64,000 bases of DNA from contig JBMOIO010000003.1 of assembly GCA_049317285.1 (NCBI GenBank), forward strand, positions 25,003 to 89,002. The letters are read 5' to 3'. Below the pieces are notes generated by a model that did no database searches, was not told where the DNA came from, and saw only the letters and a list, made by a program, of their open reading frames with translations. The translations under genes were made by a program, and so were the position numbers. The stretch is from Minisyncoccia bacterium. Lineage in GTDB: Bacteria > Patescibacteriota > Minisyncoccia > Phycocordibacterales > UBA9973. This document shows, one piece after another, positions 38,592 through 47,439 of this stretch (position 1 is its first letter; every line of letters starts with the position of its first letter).

Positions 38592-39443
38592 TTATTTATT
38601 GAGCTTCTTCGCGTACACATACGTCAGAGACGCTCCATAGAAAAATACTTGGGCTGAGTAGTATATCCAAATCAACAGCGCTACAAGGGACGCTGCGGCT
38701 CCGTAGAGGGTGGTGTTGGCAAAGTGCGCAATATAGAGACCGATCAGTACGCGCCCAAGCAAAAAGAGGAGGGAAGTGACGACGGCTCCAAGAACAATTG
38801 CTTTAAGAGGGAGTGCTTGTTCAGGCAGGATTCGATAGATGAGCGCAAAGAATGCAGTACCGAAAAGAAATAGAGTCACGGGCTCAATAAAGGTCACCAT
38901 AACTGAAAACCCTGGCACGCCACCAAAGCTCTCTTGATACAAGGAGAGAAAGACACTAATTGCAATAAAAAATAAAAAGAGGAGCGCGATTATGGGAATA
39001 AGAGAAAACGCCGGGAACTTTCGCCACACCGCCCGCCACAGGCGCGCAAAAAATGGTTGAGGTTCTTTTTCCTTTATAGTCTTCGTCTCCCACAGCTCGT
39101 CAAGCGAGGTATCGAGAACAGCGAGAACACTGATGGACCCTAAAACAATCGTTGCAATACTGGCTATCGTCCCGGCGGTACCGAGCGAGTGTCGAGAAGT
39201 GCTTTTGATAATGCCATCAATAAAATCGCGCGCTCCGCTTCCAATGACGCGATCAAGTTGAGAGACAATACTGCTTTCGGCAAGCGCTGTGCCAAAAATA
39301 GAGCCGGCCAGCGCGATAATGAGAATGGTCAAGGGTGCGATAGAAAAAATAGCGTAGTAGGAGAGTGCAGCTCCCATGCGCGACGCATTGTGTTTGCTGT
39401 AGTGGCGAAGAGAGCGCTTGATGAGCTGTATGAATGACTTCAT
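38592..39443 (-). CDS. YihY/BrkB-family membrane protein
   Basis: RMGAALSYYAIFSIAPLTILIIAL is the YihY signature. About 6 TM helices. Confidence 0.75.
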   Translation of the reverse strand: MKSFIQLIKRSLRHYSKHNASRMGAALSYYAIFSIAPLTILIIALAGSIFGTALAESSIVSQLDRVIGSGARDFIDGIIKSTSRHSLGTAGTIASIATIVLGSISVLAVLDTSLDELWETKTIKEKEPQPFFARLWRAVWRKFPAFSLIPIIALLFLFFIAISVFLSLYQESFGGVPGFSVMVTFIEPVTLFLFGTAFFALIYRILPEQALPLKAIVLGAVVTSLLFLLGRVLIGLYIAHFANTTLYGAAASLVALLIWIYYSAQVFFYGASLTYVYAKKLNK

Positions 39444-39466
39444 ATAATAGCTCTATCATAGCGCAT

Positions 39467-40138
39467 TTATGCGATAGCGCTCAAGCGGTAGCCTCTTCCG
39501 GGAATGGTATGGATGATCTCCATCCCTTTCTGAGCAATTTTTTTGCGAAGATTAAAGATATGGGCTTCGATGGTGTTTGAAAACGGATCGCTCTCCATAT
39601 TCCACACATGCTCCATAATCATGCCTCGAGAAAGTACCTGACCTTCGTTTCGCGCGAGATATTCCAATAAAATAAATTCTTTTCTTGTAAGGTAGACTTC
39701 ATTTCCATCACAAAAAACCTTTTGTCGACCGGAATCGATTGTTATGTGCGCAACCGTAATGACTGTGGGTACTATGATATACGGTCTGCGCAGTAGTGCC
39801 CGAATACGCGCACAGACTTCCGGAAGTGAAAACGGCTTAGTGATATAGTCATCTGCACCAGCATTTAATAAAATTATTTTAGTTGTACAGTCTGTAATAG
39901 TGGAGAGGATAAGAACAGGAAGTACCTTACCGCGCTGTCGAATTTCTTTGCAAATTTCAACACCGTCTTTCCCTGGCAAAATACAATCAAGAATCAAAAT
40001 GTCATATTCATTGATTTCTATCAGAGAAGCGACTTCTTTACCATTTGAGACAGTATCCACCGCAAAACACTCCTGCTCAAGATAGCTACTGAGCAGCACA
40101 CGCGTCTCATCATTGCCTTCGGCGATTAATATTCTCAT
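39467..40138 (-). CDS. OmpR-family response regulator (orphan)
   Basis: Receiver domain (ILILDCILPGKDG). Winged-helix output domain (LTRKEFILLEYLARNEGQVLSRGMIMEHVWN). The start is taken at MRILIAE. Confidence 0.8.
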   Translation of the reverse strand: MRILIAEGNDETRVLLSSYLEQECFAVDTVSNGKEVASLIEINEYDILILDCILPGKDGVEICKEIRQRGKVLPVLILSTITDCTTKIILLNAGADDYITKPFSLPEVCARIRALLRRPYIIVPTVITVAHITIDSGRQKVFCDGNEVYLTRKEFILLEYLARNEGQVLSRGMIMEHVWNMESDPFSNTIEAHIFNLRKKIAQKGMEIIHTIPGRGYRLSAIA

Positions 40139-40240
40139 ATTCAATAGTTCTATTGATACTAGTAATTATACGAGACTCAGTGTAGTAGTGAAGAGGAGAA
40201 ATGGGGAAACCTATTCATAATTATTTTAACTCATAAAATA

Positions 40241-40269
40241 TTGATTTTAGAAGAAAAATATGGTATAAT
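40241..40269 (+). promoter_or_regulatory. sigma70 promoter TTGATT-17-TGgTATAAT (extended -10)
   Basis: TTGATT at 40241-40246 and TATAAT at 40264-40269 with an upstream TG. An 86-nt leader precedes the 40356 ATG. Confidence 0.55.
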
Positions 40270-40355
40270 CTAAATAAGTGTAACCCTCATCTCCCTTGAT
40301 TCGTCAGTTACTATAGGACTCGCTATTACTAAGCACTTAATTCACCCATATCCTT

Positions 40356-40631
40356 ATGACTGAATCTACCGACCGAACTCTACTCGCACTTTTTCTTATT
40401 ATCGCAATTCTTGCGGTTATTGTGTATTTCTCACCTCGCGTTGCAAACCGCGGTATGGTAACAAATCGTTGGTATACGACTACGGCCCCAGCAAGCGCAG
40501 GAACAGCAGTACGCGGTATCTCTCCAGTATCAAATTCTCGTAGCAGTAGCTATTCAAGCAACACTTCTTCGAGCTACACTACTTCAAGTACTCCACAAAC
40601 CACAACAACGACAACCTATTACAACAACTAA
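40356..40631 (+). CDS. small membrane-anchored Ser/Thr-rich protein, hypothetical
   Basis: One TM (LLALFLIIAILAVIVYF) then a low-complexity S/T/Y tail ending TTTTTYYNN. Confidence 0.4.
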   Translation: MTESTDRTLLALFLIIAILAVIVYFSPRVANRGMVTNRWYTTTAPASAGTAVRGISPVSNSRSSSYSSNTSSSYTTSSTPQTTTTTTYYNN

Positions 40632-40684
40632 TCTAGACACGATTTCTTAATCATGTTCTATCGTGAAATAATAGGGTAATCCAC

Positions 40685-40713
40685 TTGCGTGTGAACGAAC
40701 GTTCACCTATACT
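40685..40713 (+). promoter_or_regulatory. promoter TTGCGT-17-TATACT whose spacer is a GAAC-N4-GTTC (Cheo/SOS-box-like) palindrome
   Basis: gtGAACgaacGTTCac lies at 40691-40706, exactly between -35 (40685-40690) and -10 (40708-40713). It is upstream of a small ORF and lexA. Confidence 0.45.
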
Positions 40714-40758
40714 TATTTTGAGGTCGCCATTAGTAATAACGACTGATAAAAGAAGTAT

Positions 40759-40947
40759 ATGACTCGCACACAATACACCAAAGCAATCGAACTTGAACTC
40801 GCTCGTCTCAACGAACGCATCGACGCAAAAATTCTTCGCGGACAACGGTACGCAGAAGAATCTCGAAAGCACAAACAGCTCCTTGCACAAATCCGCCGAC
40901 AGAGTCGTGCTTCAATGTTTAGTCGACTATTGCTCGCATTCAACTAA
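40759..40947 (+). CDS. small basic coiled-coil protein (possible SOS-regulated), speculative
   Basis: 62-aa ORF starting 46 nt after the palindromic promoter. A 123-aa ORF in another frame overlaps it. Only one of the two can be real. Confidence 0.3.
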   Translation: MTRTQYTKAIELELARLNERIDAKILRGQRYAEESRKHKQLLAQIRRQSRASMFSRLLLAFN

Positions 40948-41153
40948 TCGTTTAATCACTATTGCCATGAGAACAATTACCCCATTCAAACAGCTCGTCA
41001 CTTCAGAAATAGAACGCTTGCGAACCATCGCTAGTGCACCGCATATATCGGCACATACCGTTCTTGCCGGGTTTCCAACACTATCCAATAGTTATACAAT
41101 GAAGCATATAGCCATGAAGGCCCGAGCACGCAAAGGACTGCTCGCTCGCGTTT

Positions 41154-41729
41154 TTGGAAACTAATATGGAAAATGATTATCAAGCTAAAGTAATACAGTT
41201 CTACCAAAACAAGCGCCGCATGCCGTCGTATACGGAAATGATGGCGCTCTTTGGATTCAAATCTAAAAACGCAGTGTCTCGCGTTGTGACAAAAATGATT
41301 GCAGCCGGTATTGTCATGAAGGACAAGCTTGGGCACCTTATCCCAAGCGCGAGCTTTGACGAGCTCCCGATGGCAGGCTTGGTGAAAGCAGGACTTCCTG
41401 CACCGGGCGAGATGCTTACCGACACACTTAATATCGAAGACTACATGGTGCGTAAGCGGGAGAGCACGTACCTGTTGGAAGTGGACGGAGACTCTATGAT
41501 CGACGCACATATTGCAGACGGGGACATGGTAGTAGCAGAGCGCACGAACCGTGCCAAAGACGGAGACATTGTGATCGCACAGGTGGACGGCGAGTTCACT
41601 ATGAAATATTTTAAACAAAAAGGAGAGAAGGTGTGGCTTGAGCCTGCAAACAAGGCATTTAAAAACATCTACCCCACCGAGAGCCTCGAAATCGTGGCAA
41701 TCGTCCGCGGCGTGATGCGGAAGTATTAA
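41154..41729 (+). CDS. lexA: LexA repressor (S24 peptidase)
   Basis: N-terminal wHTH. Ala-Gly cleavage site (PMAGLVKAG). Catalytic Ser (GDSM) and Lys (FTMKYF). Confidence 0.8.
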   Translation: METNMENDYQAKVIQFYQNKRRMPSYTEMMALFGFKSKNAVSRVVTKMIAAGIVMKDKLGHLIPSASFDELPMAGLVKAGLPAPGEMLTDTLNIEDYMVRKRESTYLLEVDGDSMIDAHIADGDMVVAERTNRAKDGDIVIAQVDGEFTMKYFKQKGEKVWLEPANKAFKNIYPTESLEIVAIVRGVMRKY

Positions 41730-41742
41730 TTGTATAAAAACC

Positions 41743-41780
41743 AAAAAGCACCTCATAGAATTCCTATGAGGTGCTTTTTG
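41743..41780 (+). terminator. rho-independent terminator
   Basis: 11-bp stem gcacctcatag/ctatgaggtgc, loop aattc, then T5. Confidence 0.8.
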
Positions 41781-41828
41781 CAATAGCAATAGGAATGCTA
41801 TTTTTCAAAAATACTATATAGTGTAGCA

Positions 41829-43301
41829 ATGTCAAAAGCCGACACCATCATCAGGTTCGACAACGTGTCGTTCGAATACAGCGCCACCAAGCCTATTTTA
41901 GAGGAGGTCAGCCTTTCTGTGCGCCGAGGTTCAAAAATAACCCTGATGGGCCAAAACGGGGCCGGCAAGAGTACTATTTTCAATCTGATCACTGGAGCGT
42001 ACAAGCCCGAAGAAGGAAAGGTGATTATCGAAAAAGGAACCACTATTGCCACAGGGCGCCAAGTAATGCCGCGAGAGCAGATGACGTTCACGGTGCGAGA
42101 ATATTTCGAACACTGCTTTAAAGAAAAAGTGTACGATATCGACCCGCGCATTGACGAAGTCTTAGAGGTGGTGAACCTCACCGGGCACAAAAATATTTAC
42201 GAGCGCACTATCGATTCATTCTCCGGCGGACAGCAGGCACGACTCTTGCTTGCAGCAGCGCTTATCCAAGATCCGGATATTCTGCTTTTGGACGAGCCGA
42301 CCAACAACCTCGACCATGCGGGTATCGACCACCTCACTAAATTCTTGGTGGAGTACAAGAAAACGGTTATTGTCATTTCTCATGATGAAGAATTCTTGAA
42401 TGCCTTTACCGAAGGCGTCTTGTACCTCGACATCTATTCTAAAAAAATCGAGCAGTATGTCGGGAACTACAACGACGTAGTGAAAGAAATCTCTATTCGT
42501 ATTGAAAAAGAGAACATGAAAAACGCCCAGCTCGCAAAAGAAATCCAAGCCAAGAAATCAAAGGCGAACCAGTTTGCGTATAAAGGGGGACAGATGCGTT
42601 TGGTCGCAAAAAAAATGCGCGAAAAGGCAGAGGAGCTCGAAGAGGACATTGTGGACGTGCGAAAAGAGGACAAGACAATCCGCCAATTCGCCATTCCGGT
42701 ACAGAGCGATACAGTGGGGGTAATCATGTCGATTGATTCGTTCACGGTCATGAAAAACCATAAAGTAACGGAACGGACTGCAAACCTGACATTGCGCAAA
42801 AACCAACACCTCCAGCTTCGCGGGCCAAACGGAATCGGCAAAAGCACACTTCTTGAGTCACTGGCAACAGGAACTGCAAAGGGCGCAAAAATCGGAGCGG
42901 GCGTCCGTGTCGGCTACTACCGCCAAGACTTCTCAACGCTTGACTTCAATGACACGGCATATGAGGCGTTTAAAAAAGCGATGGCAGCATCCGGCAACCG
43001 CCCCAACGAAGAGCGCATCCGAAGCGTTGCTGCAAACTTTTTAATTACGAGCGACATCATCAATACAAAAATCGGAAGCCTTTCCGAAGGACAAAAGGGG
43101 ATGGTGGCATTTGGCACACTCGTATTGCTTGAGCCAGGTCTTCTTATTCTCGACGAGCCGACGAACCACATCAACTTCCGCCACCTCCCAATTATTGCAA
43201 AGGCGCTCAGCATGTATGCGGGCGCCATGATTCTCGTCTCCCACGTACCCGAATTCGTTTCCCAAATCCGCATCGACGAGGTGTTGGATTTGGATAAATA
43301 A
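41829..43301 (+). CDS. ABC-F family ATPase (two nucleotide-binding domains, no TM domain)
   Basis: Two Walker A motifs (GQNGAGKST and GPNGIGKST). Two signatures (FSGGQQARLLLAAAL and LSEGQKGMVAFGTL). A charged linker of about 75 aa between them. Confidence 0.8.
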   Translation: MSKADTIIRFDNVSFEYSATKPILEEVSLSVRRGSKITLMGQNGAGKSTIFNLITGAYKPEEGKVIIEKGTTIATGRQVMPREQMTFTVREYFEHCFKEKVYDIDPRIDEVLEVVNLTGHKNIYERTIDSFSGGQQARLLLAAALIQDPDILLLDEPTNNLDHAGIDHLTKFLVEYKKTVIVISHDEEFLNAFTEGVLYLDIYSKKIEQYVGNYNDVVKEISIRIEKENMKNAQLAKEIQAKKSKANQFAYKGGQMRLVAKKMREKAEELEEDIVDVRKEDKTIRQFAIPVQSDTVGVIMSIDSFTVMKNHKVTERTANLTLRKNQHLQLRGPNGIGKSTLLESLATGTAKGAKIGAGVRVGYYRQDFSTLDFNDTAYEAFKKAMAASGNRPNEERIRSVAANFLITSDIINTKIGSLSEGQKGMVAFGTLVLLEPGLLILDEPTNHINFRHLPIIAKALSMYAGAMILVSHVPEFVSQIRIDEVLDLDK

Positions 43302-43307
43302 AAAAGC
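43266..43307 (+). repeat. 42-bp direct repeat, copy 1 (last 12 codons plus stop of the ABC-F gene)
   Basis: atccgcatcgacgaggtgttggatttggataaataaaaaagc is identical to 44250-44291. Confidence 0.9.
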
Positions 43308-43330
43308 AGTCAAACCTTGACTGCTTTTCG
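43301..43330. terminator. bidirectional terminator
   Basis: gcagtcaa/ttgactgc stem flanked by A5 and T4. Confidence 0.65.
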
Positions 43331-43528
43331 CTACATTTCTTTCCATGTTTCGTAGGGTATAGATGTCAGATGCCATTGACTGCATTTTTCACACTCATAC
43401 GACCTGACAGGTTTTTTATGTTCTTGCTCTATTTCTCGTATTATTCTCAGCGCATCATTCGCAACTTTTTTAGAACAATAGGCCATTTTATCGCATACGT
43501 ATTCCTTGAGGACCTCGGTTTTTTTCAT
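43331..43528 (-). CDS. small zinc-ribbon protein (C-x5-C ... C-x2-C), hypothetical
   Basis: 65 aa. VCDKMAYCSKK ... YECEKCSQWH. Lies within the repeat-bounded cassette. Confidence 0.4.
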   Translation of the reverse strand: MKKTEVLKEYVCDKMAYCSKKVANDALRIIREIEQEHKKPVRSYECEKCSQWHLTSIPYETWKEM

Positions 43529-43631
43529 AACAAACGTTTTATTTGCACCAATTCATTTCCACTAAAATAACACCTGAACTTGATTTTGTCAATAAATTAT
43601 CCCGAATTTTAGCGATAGCAAGATTTCGGGA

Positions 43632-44075
43632 TTGAGGTTTTCTTTAACTGTAGATTGTTATGCTTTGTCTATGGGTACTGCATTCAAAAAATTATTAGAG
43701 GAACGAAGAAAAGAGTACCACACATGGGTTCCGATTTATTGCCCTGCATTGCGAACCTATGTATTCTTTAATGCAAAAGGGTTCACTCATCTGAGGTTTA
43801 AAACAGACAACACACCTCGCGCGCCAAAAGAAGCGATGTATAAATTAGGATTATTACCCTTGGTGAGATCTGTTATTCACAATGCTACAGCTATAGAAAA
43901 ATATGAACAACGAGTTGCTCCAGTGGGAGGAAGCCGTAAGAAAGTATTAAAAGAAATGCAATATTGGGGAATCACCGAAGTGGTGGGAAAGCAGCAAGTA
44001 AAAATCAAGGTAGTACTCCGAAAAATAGGGGATGGAGAGCACATACATTTTTGGAGCGTCATGAAGCTCTCTTGA
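43632..44075 (+). CDS. hypothetical protein (cassette cargo)
   Basis: 135-147 aa depending on start (ATG at 43632 or 43671). No motif recognised. Preceded by the repeated cttgattttgtcaataaa motif. Confidence 0.4.
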   Translation: MRFSLTVDCYALSMGTAFKKLLEERRKEYHTWVPIYCPALRTYVFFNAKGFTHLRFKTDNTPRAPKEAMYKLGLLPLVRSVIHNATAIEKYEQRVAPVGGSRKKVLKEMQYWGITEVVGKQQVKIKVVLRKIGDGEHIHFWSVMKLS

Positions 44076-44249
44076 AATACAAAATATAAAAACCGCCCCA
44101 TTGCTAGGGCAGTTTCTATACTGTGTTCGTCTCGGCTTTGGAATTCCTTATCCGAAATAGGCTTTCGCCCCCGAACACGTTTATACTATACCGTAAATAC
44201 ATCATAAAAGTCAAGTGTCAAGGTGTGAATACTTCTTCATTTTTATTTT

Positions 44250-44291
44250 ATCCGCATCGACGAGGTGTTGGATTTGGATAAATAAAAAAGC
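44250..44291 (+). repeat. 42-bp direct repeat, copy 2 (orphan 3' fragment of the ABC-F gene)
   Basis: Identical to 43266-43307 but not in any ORF context. Followed by a terminator at 44284-44312. Confidence 0.9.
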
Positions 44292-44521
44292 CCTTGAAGG
44301 GCTTTTTTCATTTTTTGCTGGAGAAATAATTTTTGCCGTCACTTAAGATATAGGAACCAGCTACTAATTCACTGTTGAAATTTTGAGAAGAATTCATCTT
44401 TTCTTTGCTTTCCTGTTTTTTGCTTTTAGATGGCTTTTTTGAATTTTTCATTTACATTTTATTTAAAAGAATTTTACACTGAAACTTGATTTTGTCAATA
44501 AAATCCGTATACTGGAGTACA

Positions 44522-45757
44522 ATGAATCACTATGATGTACTAGTAGTCGGGGGCGGTGCAAGCGGAATGATGGCGGCGGGGCGTGCAGCTGAATCTGGTA
44601 AGAAAGTTCTCATCATCGAAAAGAATCGTGCGCTTGGCGAAAAGCTCAAAATCACCGGTGGCGGACGATGCAATATTACGAATGCGGAAGAAAATATCCG
44701 CACCTTTATGGCGAACTATGGCAAGGCTGAACAATTCTTATATTCGCCCTTTGCCATCTTTGGCGTACCGGAAACGATAACCTTTTTTGAGGACTTAGGA
44801 CTGCCGATTGTGGTCCAGGCTCGCAAGCGCGCATTCCCTGCAACAGAGAAAGCGCTCGACGTCTTTAAAGCCCTAGAGCGCTGTATAAAGCGGGGGAATG
44901 TAACAATCCTCACTAATTCTCCCGTCATCGAAATTCAGGCAATTTCAGGCCATATAGAGGGTATTGTGACCAGCTCTGGCACCTACACAGCTGATGCATA
45001 CATCATTGCAACTGGCGGAATGTCCCACCCAGAAACCGGCTCTACTGGCGACGGCTTTGCGTGGCTAAAAACTCTCGGGCACACTGTGGCAGAACCAACA
45101 CCAACAATCGTCCCACTTGCGGTAAAAGAAGCGTGGGTCCACGCACTTGCGGGCGTCTCTCTTTCATTTATGAAAATCACCTTCTTTACTGACGGCAAGA
45201 AATCATTTTCAAAAACAGGGAAGCTGTTGTTTACACACTTCGGACTCTCAGGCCCGCTTATCTTAAACTCAGCCGGCAAAGTAGGGGATTTGCTCCACAG
45301 TGGGCTCGTCACAGCGAATATCGACTGCTACCCCGATACTGATCATGCAGCACTCGAGCAAAAAATCATTGCGACATTCGATGCGAACAAAAACAAAAAC
45401 GTGAAAAATATTTTTGACGATATTGTGCCTCATGGCATGATTGCCACTTTTTTTGCATTACTTCCAACACTAACACCAGACACCAAAGTGCATAGTGTTA
45501 CCAAAGAAGACCGAAAGCAACTACTCAATCTTTTAAAGGCACTCCCGATCACCATCACCGGCCTGATGGGCTACGACCGCGCAGTGGTTGCCGACGGCGG
45601 AGTGCCACTGACGGAAATTGATATGAAAACATTCAAGTCAAAAATGGTAGATAACATGTTCGTCACCGGCGACCTCCTGCATATCACGCGCCCTTCCGGC
45701 GGATTTTCTCTCCAGCTCTGTTGGACCAGCGGATATATTGCAGGGAGTAATGCATAA
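44522..45757 (+). CDS. HI0933/BaiN-family FAD-dependent flavoprotein (aminoacetone-oxidase-like)
   Basis: YDVLVVGGGASGMMAAGRAA dinucleotide-binding motif. KITGGGRCNITN is characteristic of the HI0933 family. Confidence 0.75.
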   Translation: MNHYDVLVVGGGASGMMAAGRAAESGKKVLIIEKNRALGEKLKITGGGRCNITNAEENIRTFMANYGKAEQFLYSPFAIFGVPETITFFEDLGLPIVVQARKRAFPATEKALDVFKALERCIKRGNVTILTNSPVIEIQAISGHIEGIVTSSGTYTADAYIIATGGMSHPETGSTGDGFAWLKTLGHTVAEPTPTIVPLAVKEAWVHALAGVSLSFMKITFFTDGKKSFSKTGKLLFTHFGLSGPLILNSAGKVGDLLHSGLVTANIDCYPDTDHAALEQKIIATFDANKNKNVKNIFDDIVPHGMIATFFALLPTLTPDTKVHSVTKEDRKQLLNLLKALPITITGLMGYDRAVVADGGVPLTEIDMKTFKSKMVDNMFVTGDLLHITRPSGGFSLQLCWTSGYIAGSNA

Positions 45758-46067
45758 AAAAGAGTATACTGAAGGAATGAACACGGGGTGGAAAGAAGAA
45801 GTGCGGGGGCTGACAAAAACATTTGCTTTTGCGGACTTCAAGGAGGCGCTCGCTTTTATTAACAGGGTAGGCGCAGTAGCTGAAAAATTACAGCACCACC
45901 CTGATATAGCTCTCCGCAATTACAACACCGTTACAGTCCTCACTGTCACTCACGATAAAGACAATACGGTAACAGAAAAAGACCGAATGCTTGCCCGTGC
46001 AATTGATACAGTCCAAGAAAAAAGTGATAAATGGGTATTCTTACAATTTCTTAGAAAGAGTAAATAA
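45750..46067 (+). CDS. pterin-4a-carbinolamine dehydratase (PCD/DCoH)
   Basis: FAFADFKEALAFINRVGAVAEKLQHHPDIALRNYNTVTVLTVTHD matches the PCD consensus including the HHPD motif. The start is ambiguous (45750 or 45777). Confidence 0.7.
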   Translation: MHKKEYTEGMNTGWKEEVRGLTKTFAFADFKEALAFINRVGAVAEKLQHHPDIALRNYNTVTVLTVTHDKDNTVTEKDRMLARAIDTVQEKSDKWVFLQFLRKSK

Positions 46068-46093
46068 AAAAGAATAAAAAATGCGCTATACTC

Positions 46094-46576
46094 ATGGGTA
46101 TGAAAGCAACAGTATATACATCAAAGGGGACCATTGTTATAGAATTATTCGACACTCAGACACCGAACACCGTTGCAAACTTTGCAAAACTTGCAGGCGC
46201 GGGGTTTTACAACGGTACCAAATTCCACCGTGTCATCAGTGGATTCATGATCCAAGGCGGGGACCCATTGACGAAAGACGACAGTAAGATGCCCTTGTGG
46301 GGGACAGGAGACCCGGGATATAAATTTGCCGACGAGATCACGGGTGCAAACAATAACCTCGAAGGCACTATTTCTATGGCAAACTCTGGCCCCAACACCA
46401 ACGGTAGCCAGTTTTTCATCAACTGCAACGACAATATTTTTCTCAATGAAAAGCATACTGTCTTTGGGAAGGTGAGAGAGGGGATGGATGTCGTCACCGC
46501 AATAGAAATGGCTCCGACCAATGCAGCTGACCGCCCTATTGAACCGATAAGTATTGAAACAATTGAAATTGCATAA
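46094..46576 (+). CDS. ppiB: peptidyl-prolyl cis-trans isomerase, cyclophilin type
   Basis: FHRVISGFMIQGGDP ... GTISMANSGPNTNGSQFFI ... HTVFGKV are cyclophilin motifs. Confidence 0.85.
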   Translation: MGMKATVYTSKGTIVIELFDTQTPNTVANFAKLAGAGFYNGTKFHRVISGFMIQGGDPLTKDDSKMPLWGTGDPGYKFADEITGANNNLEGTISMANSGPNTNGSQFFINCNDNIFLNEKHTVFGKVREGMDVVTAIEMAPTNAADRPIEPISIETIEIA

Positions 46577-47439
46577 TGCCTCCCTCGTATATTATTTCTA
46601 AAGAGAATAGGAAGCGAGCACTCGCTCTACAGCGTTCTTATAGTTCAAACTATTTTCTTGCGTCATTCTTTTTTCCAAAAAAAATCCGCGCGGAGATAGC
46701 TGTTCTTTACGCATTTGTCCGCATTCCTGATGAATATGTCGACAATGCAGCTTCCCCCCAAGAGGCAAACAAAAAAATTGATTCATGGAGAAAAGAGTGG
46801 GATTCTGTCATTGAAGGAAAAGTGTCCGATGAGTGGGTATTGAACGATATGTACGCACTCCACTTGCAGTACAGTATGCCGTTTGATTTAAGTCATGCTT
46901 TTTTGAATGTAATGAAAGAAGACACGACGGTGACCCGCTATAAAAACTATGCGGAACTGCTTCGCTATATGTACGGCTCTGCAGCAACAGTAGGGCGCAT
47001 GATCACATACTTCTCTGGAGTCACCGATGAACCGACACTTCTGCAGGCAGATGCGCTTGCCTATGCCATGCAAATCACCAATATCCTGCGCGATGTTGGC
47101 GAAGACTTTACCCTGCGAAACAGAATCTACTTGCCCCAGGATGAAATGGCGCAATTCGGCATTACTGAAGCGATGATCGCTGAAAAAAAAGTGACTCCCC
47201 AGTGGCGCGCATTCATGCAGTTTCAGATCAAGCGAAACCGCGAGCTCTACCGGCAAGCAGATAAGGGCATACGGGCACTACCGCCCTCTATGCGCTATCC
47301 AGTTCGAACAGCAAGCATCTTCTATGAAGCTATCCTTTCGGAAATAGAGAAAGCAGACTATGATGTCTTTACGCGTAAACAAAAAACAAGCAGCCTTCGA
47401 AAGGTCGCATTATTATTCAAATCAGCGTTTAATGTCTAA
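46576..47439 (+). CDS. crtB: phytoene/squalene synthase family (CrtB/CrtM-like)
   Basis: First Asp-rich motif YAFVRIPDEYVD. Second region ITNILRDVGEDFTLRNRIYLPQDE. Size 287 aa. Confidence 0.75.
   Translation: MPPSYIISKENRKRALALQRSYSSNYFLASFFFPKKIRAEIAVLYAFVRIPDEYVDNAASPQEANKKIDSWRKEWDSVIEGKVSDEWVLNDMYALHLQYSMPFDLSHAFLNVMKEDTTVTRYKNYAELLRYMYGSAATVGRMITYFSGVTDEPTLLQADALAYAMQITNILRDVGEDFTLRNRIYLPQDEMAQFGITEAMIAEKKVTPQWRAFMQFQIKRNRELYRQADKGIRALPPSMRYPVRTASIFYEAILSEIEKADYDVFTRKQKTSSLRKVALLFKSAFNV

Larger units (their letters stand above)
43266..44291. mobile_element. putative integrated cassette or insertion remnant bounded by 42-bp direct repeats (no integrase visible)
   Basis: A perfect 42-bp direct repeat duplicates the target gene's 3' end. 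The 942-bp intervening segment is AT-rich and carries two small ORFs, each with its own terminator. Confidence 0.35.

Noticed and set aside
40793-41164. 123-aa ORF overlapping both the 62-aa small ORF and the lexA start
   Set aside because: It cannot coexist with the 62-aa frame. Neither has homology support. Only the shorter frame, immediately behind the palindromic promoter, is listed, and at low confidence. The longer frame remains a possible alternative.
41031-41789. 252-aa minus-strand ORF antisense to lexA
   Set aside because: It overlaps the clearly identifiable lexA gene. The product is a His/Cys-rich nonsense-like sequence.
44132-44196. Hairpin gtgttcg...cgaacac inside the cassette as a possible small RNA
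   Set aside because: Only a 7-bp stem with a large unstructured interior. Too weak to call without covariation or expression data. It is mentioned under the cassette finding only.
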